A stretch of 32,000 nucleotides of DNA, taken from Methylophaga frappieri (GTDB taxonomy: Bacteria > Pseudomonadota > Gammaproteobacteria > Nitrosococcales > Methylophagaceae). The stretch covers positions 870,001 through 902,000 of the forward strand of contig NC_017856.1 in NCBI RefSeq assembly GCF_000260965.1. Reading direction: 5' to 3'. The stretch's first letter is position 1; the number at the start of each line of letters is the position of its first letter. The notes beneath the pieces were generated by a model. The model was not told the origin of the DNA. It was given only the letters and a program-made list of their open reading frames with translations, and did no database searches. The position numbers were made by a program, and so were the translations under genes. Below, piece by piece: positions 1 through 7,881 of this stretch.

Positions 1-78
1 CTGCAGGCCTCTCTGGCCACACTTCGCCGCGCCTTAATTGTGCTGGCTGTTGTGCTCGGTATGACGTTAGGGCTGTGA
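1..78 (+). CDS. 3' end of an upstream ORF with a hydrophobic C-terminus (possible lysis-class membrane protein), truncated by the window edge
   Basis: Frame 1 is open from base 1 to TGA 76-78 (...LQASLATLRRALIVLAVVLGMTLGL*). It overlaps the next start as GTGA. Confidence 0.3.
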   Translation: MQASLATLRRALIVLAVVLGMTLGL

Positions 79-809
79 AGATGAGAATTAAATTCTCACT
101 GGCTTATTTACCACTAATCCTTTTTAGCTTGGTTTGTCTGGGCTTTCTTCTTTTATCTAGCTGTCTTCCTGCCTCAGCTTCGATAACTGACAAAAGCGAT
201 CACGTTGTCGCATTTGAACCGACATTCATCGCCAAAACGATCGGCGCCGATCGTTTTGAGCACGCACCGGTAGAAGCCAGACAGTATCAACGACTATTAC
301 GACGCAGCGCTCATGCCTACTGGGGTTTAGATGCACCCATTGCCACGATGGCCGGTCAGGTTCATCAGGAAAGCCGCTGGCAGCCGGATGCCAAGTCACC
401 GGTCGGTGCTGAAGGTCTCGCTCAGTTTATGCCGACCACGTCTGACTGGTTCTCCACACTCTATCCCGACGCGCTTGGTGATAATCAGCCGTTTCATCCT
501 GGCTGGGCGTTACGTGCCCTGGTTCTGTATGACCACTGGCTCTATCAACGCGTAACTGCTGCAGATAACTGTCAGCGTTGGGCCTTGACCCTGAGCGCCT
601 ATAACGGCGGGCTGGGTTGGGTGTATCGAGATAAACAACTGGCATCGGCTAAGGGGGCCGATCCGCTGGTTTGGTTTAACTCGATAGAGCACCACTCACG
701 CCGGGCCGACTGGGCTCGGCGTGAGAATCGAACCTATGTCCGCAATATATTGACCCGCTGGGAGCTGATGTATGCCGCCGCAGGTTGGGGGGCTGGTATA
801 TGTCATTGA
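75..809 (+). CDS. Endolysin: SLT-family lytic transglycosylase with an N-terminal signal-anchor / lipobox-like segment
   Basis: SLT motifs VHQESRW, AEGLAQFMP and SAYNGG. Hydrophobic N-terminus MKMRIKFSLAYLPLILFSLVCLGFLLLSSC. The start may be GTG 75 or ATG 81. Confidence 0.85.
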   Translation: MKMRIKFSLAYLPLILFSLVCLGFLLLSSCLPASASITDKSDHVVAFEPTFIAKTIGADRFEHAPVEARQYQRLLRRSAHAYWGLDAPIATMAGQVHQESRWQPDAKSPVGAEGLAQFMPTTSDWFSTLYPDALGDNQPFHPGWALRALVLYDHWLYQRVTAADNCQRWALTLSAYNGGLGWVYRDKQLASAKGADPLVWFNSIEHHSRRADWARRENRTYVRNILTRWELMYAAAGWGAGICH

Positions 810-1231
810 TACTTCGCCAGCTGCTGATGACCTGGTTGCCGCTTTTGCTGTTTGTGGGCTGCGCGGTTGTCGTGCCGTGGTACTGCTACCGGACAGGACT
901 GGAACATGGCCGCCTGGAAGTCACTGCGCAGACAGATAAACAAACTATCGCCTCGCTGAACGAGCTAATGTCCAATCACCGCGAAATGATTGAGTCGGCG
1001 AATACGGCGAGTAACAGAATTTTGACTCTGACAAGCCAGCGTCAGGCTTATGACGAGATAACAACAAAAACGCTGCAGGAGGTGCTTGATGAAACAGCCG
1101 CTTTACGTGCTGCTTGCGTGTATGACGCTGACGTCATGCGCCAGCTCGAAGACGCCAGGCAACGGGCTGCCGCCGCCGCTGCCAGCGGTTTTGATGGTGC
1201 CGTGTCCAGCCCCGACAGGGCCGGTCAGTAA
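800..1231 (+). CDS. i-spanin (Rz-like): N-terminal TM helix plus coiled-coil periplasmic domain
   Basis: ATG 800 overlaps the endolysin stop. MSLILRQLLMTWLPLLLFVGCAVVV is a TM segment, followed by a charged helical region. It sits directly after the endolysin and carries an embedded lipoprotein ORF. Confidence 0.7.
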   Translation: MSLILRQLLMTWLPLLLFVGCAVVVPWYCYRTGLEHGRLEVTAQTDKQTIASLNELMSNHREMIESANTASNRILTLTSQRQAYDEITTKTLQEVLDETAALRAACVYDADVMRQLEDARQRAAAAAASGFDGAVSSPDRAGQ

Positions 1232-1340
1232 TCATGCTGATGCCATGGTGACAGCGCTGAAACAGGTTTATGACCAGTATGGAATTTGTGCCGGCAGGCT
1301 ATTTGAACTGCAGCATTATCTGATAGGGATTGATAAATGA
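1089..1340 (+). CDS. o-spanin (Rz1-like) outer-membrane lipoprotein, starting inside the i-spanin gene in the +1 frame and extending past it (overlapped architecture)
   Basis: AGGAGG at 1077-1082 then ATG 1089. MKQPLYVLLACMTLTSC has a lipobox (LTSC). The mature part is proline-rich (GLPPPLPAVLMVPCPAPTGP). Confidence 0.75.
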   Translation: MKQPLYVLLACMTLTSCASSKTPGNGLPPPLPAVLMVPCPAPTGPVSNHADAMVTALKQVYDQYGICAGRLFELQHYLIGIDK

Positions 1341-1717
1341 TAGACACGATCAATTTAAACGATGTGTTATCGCTGGTTGCGATCATCTTGACTGTTATCG
1401 GCGGCTTCTGGGCGCTCGCTAAGGTGTTAGTGAAATTGCTGGCACAGCATCTTGACAGCAAGTTCGCGGCGCTGGACGGCAAGTTTGCTGATCTCGATAG
1501 TCAGCTTGATCGAATGGAGCGAAGTGACACTGAAAATCAAAAACAAATGTCAGAGCTGGAGCGGGACATGTTGCGGTTGCGTGCTGAGCTACCTAATCAG
1601 TATGTGAGACGTGAGGATTATGTCAGGGGGCAAACAGTGATAGAGAGCAAGCTCGATGCTCAAGCCAACATGCTGCAAAGCTTGCAGCTGCAACAGGCTG
1701 GAGTTAAAGACAAATGA
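1337..1717 (+). CDS. Membrane-anchored coiled-coil protein, positional equivalent of Mu gp25 (DUF2730-like)
   Basis: N-terminal TM helix (VLSLVAIILTVIGGFWALAKVLV) followed by a heptad-like charged region. ATGA overlap with the o-spanin stop. Confidence 0.6.
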   Translation: MIDTINLNDVLSLVAIILTVIGGFWALAKVLVKLLAQHLDSKFAALDGKFADLDSQLDRMERSDTENQKQMSELERDMLRLRAELPNQYVRREDYVRGQTVIESKLDAQANMLQSLQLQQAGVKDK

Positions 1718-1815
1718 ATTTGAAGTGCGGCGTAGCGGCATCCGGATTGCAGCAAGCCAACACTCTGCTCAACCGCAGGGTAACTGCAAACGGACTAAAT
1801 TTAAGGGAGTATTAA

Positions 1816-2127
1816 ATGGCTGACTTTACTAAAATTCGCCGAGAGCAAATGCGCTGGTCTATTCTGCTGACGTTGAATCATGCACGCCCTGTAGGCGCTC
1901 ATGAGCAAATGGTATTGTCCACTGTACAGGCAGTGTATCCGGATGCGACAGCGCATGAAGTGCGTCGCGAACTGGACTATCTGGAAAACCGGGAATTGGT
2001 TGAGATAGCACGCGAACCATCAGGCTACTGGCGTGCTGAACTGACGCGCTATGGTATTGATATCGCAGAGTACACGGTTGAATGCGAGGCGGGTATTTCG
2101 CGTCCGGTCAAATACTGGGAGGGCTAA
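1816..2127 (+). CDS. Small winged-helix-like protein of unknown function (Mu gp26 position)
   Basis: GGGAG SD before ATG 1816. The 103-aa sequence pattern (ILLTLNHARPVG ... VRRELDYLENRELVEI ... YWRAELTRYG) looks like a wHTH. Function is not recognised. Confidence 0.5.
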   Translation: MADFTKIRREQMRWSILLTLNHARPVGAHEQMVLSTVQAVYPDATAHEVRRELDYLENRELVEIAREPSGYWRAELTRYGIDIAEYTVECEAGISRPVKYWEG

Positions 2128-2129
2128 AT

Positions 2130-2663
2130 ATGCCGCCCGTATCCAAAGTACAGAAACTGAGCCAGGATGATAAAGCCTGGCTTGATGCCGAACTCATCAA
2201 ACGCGGTTTCAGTGGCTACGATGACCTGGAAGCGATATGCCGTGAACGCGGTATCGACATCTCCAGCAGCTCGTTACACCGATATGGCAAGTCATTTAAT
2301 GAACGCCTTGATGCCGTAAAGATGATTACCGAACAGGCGAAAGCCGTTGTTGATAGCGCCCCCGATGATGAGGGCGCTGTTAACGAGGCGTTGATGCGTC
2401 TGGTCCAGGAGAAGCTGTTTAACCTGGTTATCGACGCCGAGATTGATACCAGCAAGCTGGATCTGGCCAAAGTAGCTAAAGCGATCGCGGATCTCGGTCG
2501 GGCCTCGGTCAGCCAGAAACGCCTGGCAGCGGAAGCCAGGGAACAGGCTCGCCAGGAGTTGCTGCAGGAACAGGAACAGCGCCTGGAAGAGCTGCGTGGC
2601 AGCGATGGCATGAGCGAGCAGCTGGAAGACCGTATCCGTGGCATTTTGCTGGGTAAAGCCTGA
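2130..2663 (+). CDS. Terminase small subunit, Mu gp27-like (DUF3486 type)
   Basis: MPPVSKVQKLSQDDKAWLDAELIKRGFSGYDDLEAICRERGIDISSSSLHRYGKS is the typical DUF3486 N-terminus. ATG 2130 follows the previous stop (2125-2127), and the gene lies immediately upstream of TerL. The track start at 2082 is rejected. Confidence 0.75.
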   Translation: MPPVSKVQKLSQDDKAWLDAELIKRGFSGYDDLEAICRERGIDISSSSLHRYGKSFNERLDAVKMITEQAKAVVDSAPDDEGAVNEALMRLVQEKLFNLVIDAEIDTSKLDLAKVAKAIADLGRASVSQKRLAAEAREQARQELLQEQEQRLEELRGSDGMSEQLEDRIRGILLGKA

Positions 2664-4321
2664 TGGCCGAATCTATCGGTAAAGGGCTCACCTCCGTCAA
2701 TCAGCCGCGCAAGATTAACCTGGCTGAAGAAATGGAGCTCTATGGCGTCGATGTCCCCCAGGACATCGGCGATGCCCAGCCGGATAAAGAACCGGTGTTT
2801 TTGCCATATCAGCAACGCTGGTTCGAAGATGAAAGCCAGATCATGATTGCTGAAAAAAGCCGTCGAACCGGTCTGACCTGGGCCGAAGCCGGCCGCAACG
2901 TGATGAACGCAGCCAAGCCCCGCCGTCGTGGTGGCTGCAATACCTTTTATGTCGGCAGCAAACAGGAAATGGCGCTGGAATACATCGCCGCCTGCGCTCT
3001 GTTTGCCAGGGCCTTCAATGAACTCGCTGAAGCCGATGTCTATGAGCAGACCTTCTGGGACGATAAGCGCAAGGAAGAGATCCTGACCTACATGATCCGC
3101 TTCCCGAAAACGGGCAGGAAAATCCAGGCGCTAAGCTCCCGGCCGAGTAACCTGCGTGGTCTGCAGGGTGATGTGGTCATCGATGAGGCGGCATTCCATG
3201 AATCACTGCAGGAGCTATTGAAAGCTGCTCTGGCTTTGACGATGTGGGGTAATAAAGTTCGACTCATCAGTACACATAACGGCGTTGATAACGACTTTAA
3301 CCAGTACATTCAAGATGCACGAGAAGGTCGCAAGGATTACAGCCTGCACCGAATCACTCTGGATGATGCGATCGCACAGGGACTATATAAGCGGATCTGC
3401 TTTGTCACTGGTCAGGAATGGTCTCAGGAGTCCGAAAAAGCATGGCGTGAGGGTCTCTACAAAAACGCACCAAACGCTGAGTCTGCTGATGAAGAGTATG
3501 GCTGTATTCCTAAGAAGTCCGGTGGCAACTACCTGACTCGTGTTCTGATTGAGGCCGCCATGGTGGCTGATCACTCAATCCCCATCCTGCGGTTCGAAGC
3601 ACCTAAAGACTTTGAAAGCTGGACAACGGAAATGCGTGAGGCCGAGATCGCTGACTGGTGTCAAAAGAACCTTCTGCCAGAACTTAAGAAGTTAAACCCG
3701 TCAGACCGCCATGTTTTTGGTGAAGACTTTGCCCGTCGTGGTGACTTGACGGTGTTTGTACCGTTGGCCATTAAGCCTGATCTTCGTAAGCGTGAGACCT
3801 TCAGGGTGGAGTTGAGGAATTTGCCTTATGAGCAGCAACGCCAAGTGATGTTTTATATCTGCGACCGATTGCCGCGTCGTGGAGGACTAGCCTTCGATGC
3901 CACTGGTAATGGTGGCTATCTGGCAGAACAAGCAGCCCTTAAGTATGGCCAGGGCATGGTCGATCAGGTTCATCTATCGTCTTCCTGGTACCACGAGTGG
4001 ATGCCAAAACTAAAAGGCGAATTCGAGTCATTCAATCTTGAGATAGCCCGACATCAGACCACGTTGGATGATTTGCTCTCCATCAAAGTCGAGAACGGTA
4101 TTCCCGTTATTGATAAAGGCCGGACAAAAGACTTGCAGTCAGGTGATGGCAAAGCAAAACGCCATGGTGACTTCGCTGTCGGCTTGGTTATGGCTATTCG
4201 CGCCTCCTGGATGGATGGCGGTGAAATTGATTTTATTGCCGTGCCTAAAGGTCATGAGCATGCGGATCTGGATGATGACGAAAACGACGATGCACGAGAC
4301 TTCGGAGGTGGCGCATGGTAG
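2663..4321 (+). CDS. Terminase large subunit (Mu gp28-like)
   Basis: 552 aa. Walker-B-like VVIDEAAFH. Positioned between small terminase and portal. ATGA-type overlap with the upstream gene. Confidence 0.85.
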   Translation: MAESIGKGLTSVNQPRKINLAEEMELYGVDVPQDIGDAQPDKEPVFLPYQQRWFEDESQIMIAEKSRRTGLTWAEAGRNVMNAAKPRRRGGCNTFYVGSKQEMALEYIAACALFARAFNELAEADVYEQTFWDDKRKEEILTYMIRFPKTGRKIQALSSRPSNLRGLQGDVVIDEAAFHESLQELLKAALALTMWGNKVRLISTHNGVDNDFNQYIQDAREGRKDYSLHRITLDDAIAQGLYKRICFVTGQEWSQESEKAWREGLYKNAPNAESADEEYGCIPKKSGGNYLTRVLIEAAMVADHSIPILRFEAPKDFESWTTEMREAEIADWCQKNLLPELKKLNPSDRHVFGEDFARRGDLTVFVPLAIKPDLRKRETFRVELRNLPYEQQRQVMFYICDRLPRRGGLAFDATGNGGYLAEQAALKYGQGMVDQVHLSSSWYHEWMPKLKGEFESFNLEIARHQTTLDDLLSIKVENGIPVIDKGRTKDLQSGDGKAKRHGDFAVGLVMAIRASWMDGGEIDFIAVPKGHEHADLDDDENDDARDFGGGAW

Positions 4322-5943
4322 CCAAGAATAAATATTTAAAGATGGTAGCGCAGCTATTTGGTGGTGCCGAGGAAGCGCTGGAAGACAAACAGACCAGCGA
4401 TGAGGGTGCAGGTAGTGCTGCTATTGGCCAACTGAAAAGAGAGTTTGCTGAGCATCCCAGTAAAGGTCTCACGCCAGCTAAATTGTATGACATTCTTGAG
4501 GCCGCTGAGCAAGGTGACATTAAAGCCCAGTCAGAGCTATTTGAGGATATGGAAGAGAAAGATCCGCAAATTGGTGCCGACATGGCCAAGCGTCGACAGT
4601 TGGCTGCAGAACTAGAGTGGCAGATAGTCCCGCCCGATAATCCAAGCGCTCAGGAAAAACGTGCCGCTGAACACGCCGCTGAAGTATTTAGTGGTCTTGA
4701 GGTCGAAGACCTGATCTTGGATCTTGGTACCGGCCTTGGTCATGGCTGGGCTAATTTAGAGCTGTCCTGGAATAACGATGGTGGTTTGCATTACATCGAG
4801 CAGCCAGAATTACGGCCTCACAGCTGGTTTAGATTGCATCCGGACAACCAGAACAAAATTACGCTGCGTGACAATTCAGCGACTGGAGCTGAGCTCTGGC
4901 CATTGGGCTGGGTGCCGCATCGCCATCGAGCTAAGCCTGGTTATGTGGCCAGAATGGGCCTACACCGGATGCTCGTGTGGCCATACCTTTTCCAGAACTA
5001 TGCGCTGGGTGATCTGGCTCAATTGCTGGAAATCTATGGCTTGCCTGCCCGATTGGGTAAATATCCAAGCGGTGCAACGCCAAAAGAAAAAGCGACACTG
5101 CTTAATGCTGTTGTGCGTATGGGTAAAGACGCTGCAGGCATTATCCCGCAGGGAATGGAAATAGATTACCTGGAAGCAGCGGGTAAAGGTGCCAGTGCTG
5201 ATGTCTATAAATTGATGATGGACTGGTGTGAACGCAGCAAGGCAAAGGTCATACTGGGTGGCACGCTGACCAGTGGTACCGGCGAGGGCACCAATACCAA
5301 TGCACTCGGTAATGTGCATGAACGCGGTCAGATGAGCCTGATTCGTTCAGATGTCCGTCAGTATGCCGGCAGCATCAAAAAGCACATGCTCTGGCCGATG
5401 GCGGCGCTGAACTTCGGCATTGATTCGCCGCAACGTGCACCACGTTTTTACCTGGATACCGGTGAAACCGAGGGGCTGGAAAAACTGGCTGACACACTAC
5501 CTGTATTCGTTGATATGGGTATGCGCATCCCTTCATGGTGGGCGCATGAAAAAAGCGGCATTCCGAAAGCCGGAGATCAAGACGAGGTTTTACTATCAGT
5601 GGAATCAAAGCTCACTGGACAGGATGCCGCTGTCCTGAAAGCCCAGGCCGCTGCGACAGCAATCGCTGCAGCGACAACGGAGACACCCGTACCAAGTCCA
5701 CCTGATCAAATGCTGGCCAGGACACGCGAAAATCTACAGCCAGTCACAAATGCTTGGATCAACCAGGTCCGTGAGCTTGCTAACCAGGTAGACAGCCTGG
5801 ATGCGTTGCGCGAAGCTTTGCTCGACCGGTATCCAGAAATGACACTGGATCAGTTTGCAAATGCCCTGGCTGATGCGATGGCCACGGCGCACCTCGCTGG
5901 TCGTAACGAAGTGACAGAGGAAAACCCTGATGCCCTCCGTTAG
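4315..5943 (+). CDS. Portal protein, Mu gp29-like (DUF935)
   Basis: 542 aa. The N-terminal region ...LFEDMEEKDPQIGADMAKRRQLAAELEWQIVPP is typical of DUF935 portals. Gene order TerL-portal-MuF. Confidence 0.85.
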   Translation: MVAKNKYLKMVAQLFGGAEEALEDKQTSDEGAGSAAIGQLKREFAEHPSKGLTPAKLYDILEAAEQGDIKAQSELFEDMEEKDPQIGADMAKRRQLAAELEWQIVPPDNPSAQEKRAAEHAAEVFSGLEVEDLILDLGTGLGHGWANLELSWNNDGGLHYIEQPELRPHSWFRLHPDNQNKITLRDNSATGAELWPLGWVPHRHRAKPGYVARMGLHRMLVWPYLFQNYALGDLAQLLEIYGLPARLGKYPSGATPKEKATLLNAVVRMGKDAAGIIPQGMEIDYLEAAGKGASADVYKLMMDWCERSKAKVILGGTLTSGTGEGTNTNALGNVHERGQMSLIRSDVRQYAGSIKKHMLWPMAALNFGIDSPQRAPRFYLDTGETEGLEKLADTLPVFVDMGMRIPSWWAHEKSGIPKAGDQDEVLLSVESKLTGQDAAVLKAQAAATAIAAATTETPVPSPPDQMLARTRENLQPVTNAWINQVRELANQVDSLDALREALLDRYPEMTLDQFANALADAMATAHLAGRNEVTEENPDALR

Positions 5944-7171
5944 TTACGGCTCCGTCCCTTTCCAGGAACAGCAAAACTTTTTCAGACGCAAACTGAATAT
6001 ACCGACGCGAGCCTGGACCGATATCTATAACGCGGAGCATGACTGGGCGTTTATGGTGGCCGGTGCTAACCGTGATGAGATCGTGGCTGACTTTCGCGAA
6101 TCCATCGACAGGATGATTGAGGAAGGCTTGACGATAGAAGAATTCCGTAAAGACTTCGACCGCATTGTTGCTGAGCATGGCTGGGACTATAACGGTGGCC
6201 GCGAATGGCGATCGCGGGTTATCTACGAAACCAATCTGCGCACCAGTTATGCTGCTGGTCGTTTGGCCCAACTTAATGAAGCCATAGCAGAGCTGCCTTA
6301 CTGGGAATACCATCACTCAGGCGCTGAGCATCCGAGGCTACACCATTTATCATGGGATGGTCTCATCATCGCTGCTGATGACCCATGGTGGCAACAGCAC
6401 TATCCGCCAAATGGTTGGGGCTGTGGCTGTTATGTTACTGCACATAGCGAAGCCGGTTTGCGGGAGATGGGAAAAACACCGGATGAAGCACCAAATGTAG
6501 AAATGGTGACCCGAGAAATAGGCAAGCGCAGTCCGAACGGGCCTCGCAGTGTCGATGTGCCAAAAGGCATTGATCCTGGCTTTGAGTATGCACCGGGTCG
6601 TAGCAGAATCAAGAGCGCGGTACCGCCGCCGCTGTCGGAGCCACCGCTCGACTTTTCTGGTGCCGCCGGCATACCTAATCGCCGGGCAACAGATGTATTG
6701 CCATTACCACGCGCTATGAGTCGTGCCAGGTTATTGCCTGATGAGTTATCTGATGTCGATTATGCCGAAGGATTTCTGGGCGAGTTTGGTGCGAGCCTGG
6801 ATGAAAGCCTGCTGTTTGATGATGTGATAGGTCATCGCCTGGCCATTGGTCCGGATCTGTTTCGTGATTGGGAGACGGACGAGCTCATAACCCACAGTGA
6901 TGGCCATGGACCTTATCTGCCTCTGATAGGCGAAACTATTCGCAGTCCGGACGAAATATGGACGCGTATCGAGCAGCATGGCAACAAGATGGGCGTATGG
7001 CGTCGATACCTGTCACAGTTCCTTATTCCTGGACAGGATGAACCGGCACTGGTGATTGTTGAATGGGGTCCATCAGGCTGGAAGCGCACGATCCTCCTTG
7101 ATGCCGATAAACCAGATCCAGACAGCATGCGTTTCGGTGTCAGACTGTATCGCCGATCTGAAGAAGAGTAA
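5930..7171 (+). CDS. MuF-like minor head / head morphogenesis protein with a ~145-aa C-terminal add-on domain
   Basis: MuF signature HPRLHHLSWDGLIIAADDPWWQQHYPPNGWGCGCYV at aa 134-168. A Pro-rich linker follows, then a separate C-terminal module (aa ~270-413). Confidence 0.8.
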   Translation: MPSVSYGSVPFQEQQNFFRRKLNIPTRAWTDIYNAEHDWAFMVAGANRDEIVADFRESIDRMIEEGLTIEEFRKDFDRIVAEHGWDYNGGREWRSRVIYETNLRTSYAAGRLAQLNEAIAELPYWEYHHSGAEHPRLHHLSWDGLIIAADDPWWQQHYPPNGWGCGCYVTAHSEAGLREMGKTPDEAPNVEMVTREIGKRSPNGPRSVDVPKGIDPGFEYAPGRSRIKSAVPPPLSEPPLDFSGAAGIPNRRATDVLPLPRAMSRARLLPDELSDVDYAEGFLGEFGASLDESLLFDDVIGHRLAIGPDLFRDWETDELITHSDGHGPYLPLIGETIRSPDEIWTRIEQHGNKMGVWRRYLSQFLIPGQDEPALVIVEWGPSGWKRTILLDADKPDPDSMRFGVRLYRRSEEE

Positions 7172-7185
7172 CTGGAGAGCTCATC

Positions 7186-7629
7186 ATGGCTGGTACCAAT
7201 ATAAGAATTGAGCTTGATACAAAAAAGGCAAGCAAGGCTGTATCAGCTGCAGCTGAGGCACTTGATAACCCAGCGCCGATGCTACGCGAGGTCAGAGAGT
7301 ATCTCACTCGGTCCCACAGGCAGAGATTCAAGTCACAAACTGAGCCGGATGGTTCACCCTGGGCACCACTATCGCCTCGTTATAAAAAGCGCAAGAAACG
7401 TAACAAGAATAAAATACTGACGTTGAGCGGGATTTTGAGCGGTACCCTGCGTGGGCAGATAGATGAGGACGGTTTGTTATTCGGTACGAATCGTATCCAG
7501 GGCGCTTCGCTTCATTTTGGACGGCCAGCGATAAACTTGCCTTCGCGTAAGTGGTTAGGTACCAGCATCCAGGATGATGACAATATCACCCGGATTGCAC
7601 TTCGCTACTTGGAAAATTCCCTGGAGTAA
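7186..7629 (+). CDS. Mu G-like virion morphogenesis protein
   Basis: 147 aa. The pattern ...SHRQRFKSQTEPDGSPWAPLSPRYKKRK...LTLSGILSGTL... is typical of Mu gpG family proteins. Located between MuF and Mu I. Confidence 0.8.
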   Translation: MAGTNIRIELDTKKASKAVSAAAEALDNPAPMLREVREYLTRSHRQRFKSQTEPDGSPWAPLSPRYKKRKKRNKNKILTLSGILSGTLRGQIDEDGLLFGTNRIQGASLHFGRPAINLPSRKWLGTSIQDDDNITRIALRYLENSLE

Positions 7630-7633
7630 CACA

Positions 7634-7655
7634 AAGCCCCTGACAGGCTTTTTTA
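7634..7655 (+). terminator. Weak intrinsic terminator after the G-like gene
   Basis: AAGCC (7634-7638) pairs with GGCTT (7646-7650) around a 7-nt loop, followed by a T run reaching 7654. Confidence 0.45.
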
Positions 7656-7881
7656 GACCTTTATGGCTATCATCGGTTATAGTCAGCACCGAAAGCGCCG
7701 GAAAACCCCTTTATAATAATTTTTAATAATGTTTTATCACCAGCCGCTCGGCTACCTTCCCAACACTCTCCATTAATACCCCAGTTTGAAGTTTTGCCTT
7801 CGGTCAAATGACCTGACTTCACTGTGTCCGCAATATGGCTCTCGGAACTTCTGAAAAACGAGACCGGAGACGACAAGTGAA

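Noticed and set aside
331-555. Same-strand out-of-frame ORFs nested in real genes (331-555, 3285-3536, 4068-4331, 4778-5164, 5420-5638, 7208-7420, 9107-9316, 10014-10250, 10605-10814, 13220-13420, 16072-16308, 22602-22874, 23728-23913, 27775-27978, 28126-28383, 28967-29182, 29687-29956)
   Set aside because: None has a recognisable motif, and their composition looks like frame-shifted translation of the host gene. Only the Rz1-like ORF (lipobox, SD) and the chaperone -1 frame have positive evidence for overlapping coding.
2216-2815. Long antisense ORFs inside phage and host genes (2216-2815, 5780-6316, 9650-10204, 10468-10947, 14714-15160, 25437-25838, 28605-29117, 29912-30286 and others)
   Set aside because: Each lies wholly opposite a well-supported gene with recognisable motifs. 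They have skewed Ser/Arg/Ala-rich composition and no SD, which is typical of shadow ORFs in moderately GC-rich coding DNA.
7630-7881. Possible anti-CRISPR / aca cassette at the G/I junction, the known acr hotspot of Pseudomonas Mu-like phages
   Set aside because: On the + strand only 15-17-codon ORFs exist (ATG 7663, 7729, 7835), and none has a convincing SD. The 68-aa minus-strand ORF (7670-7876) depends on a TTG start, opposes the operon and spans the terminator/promoter-like block. The region is treated as regulatory, not coding.
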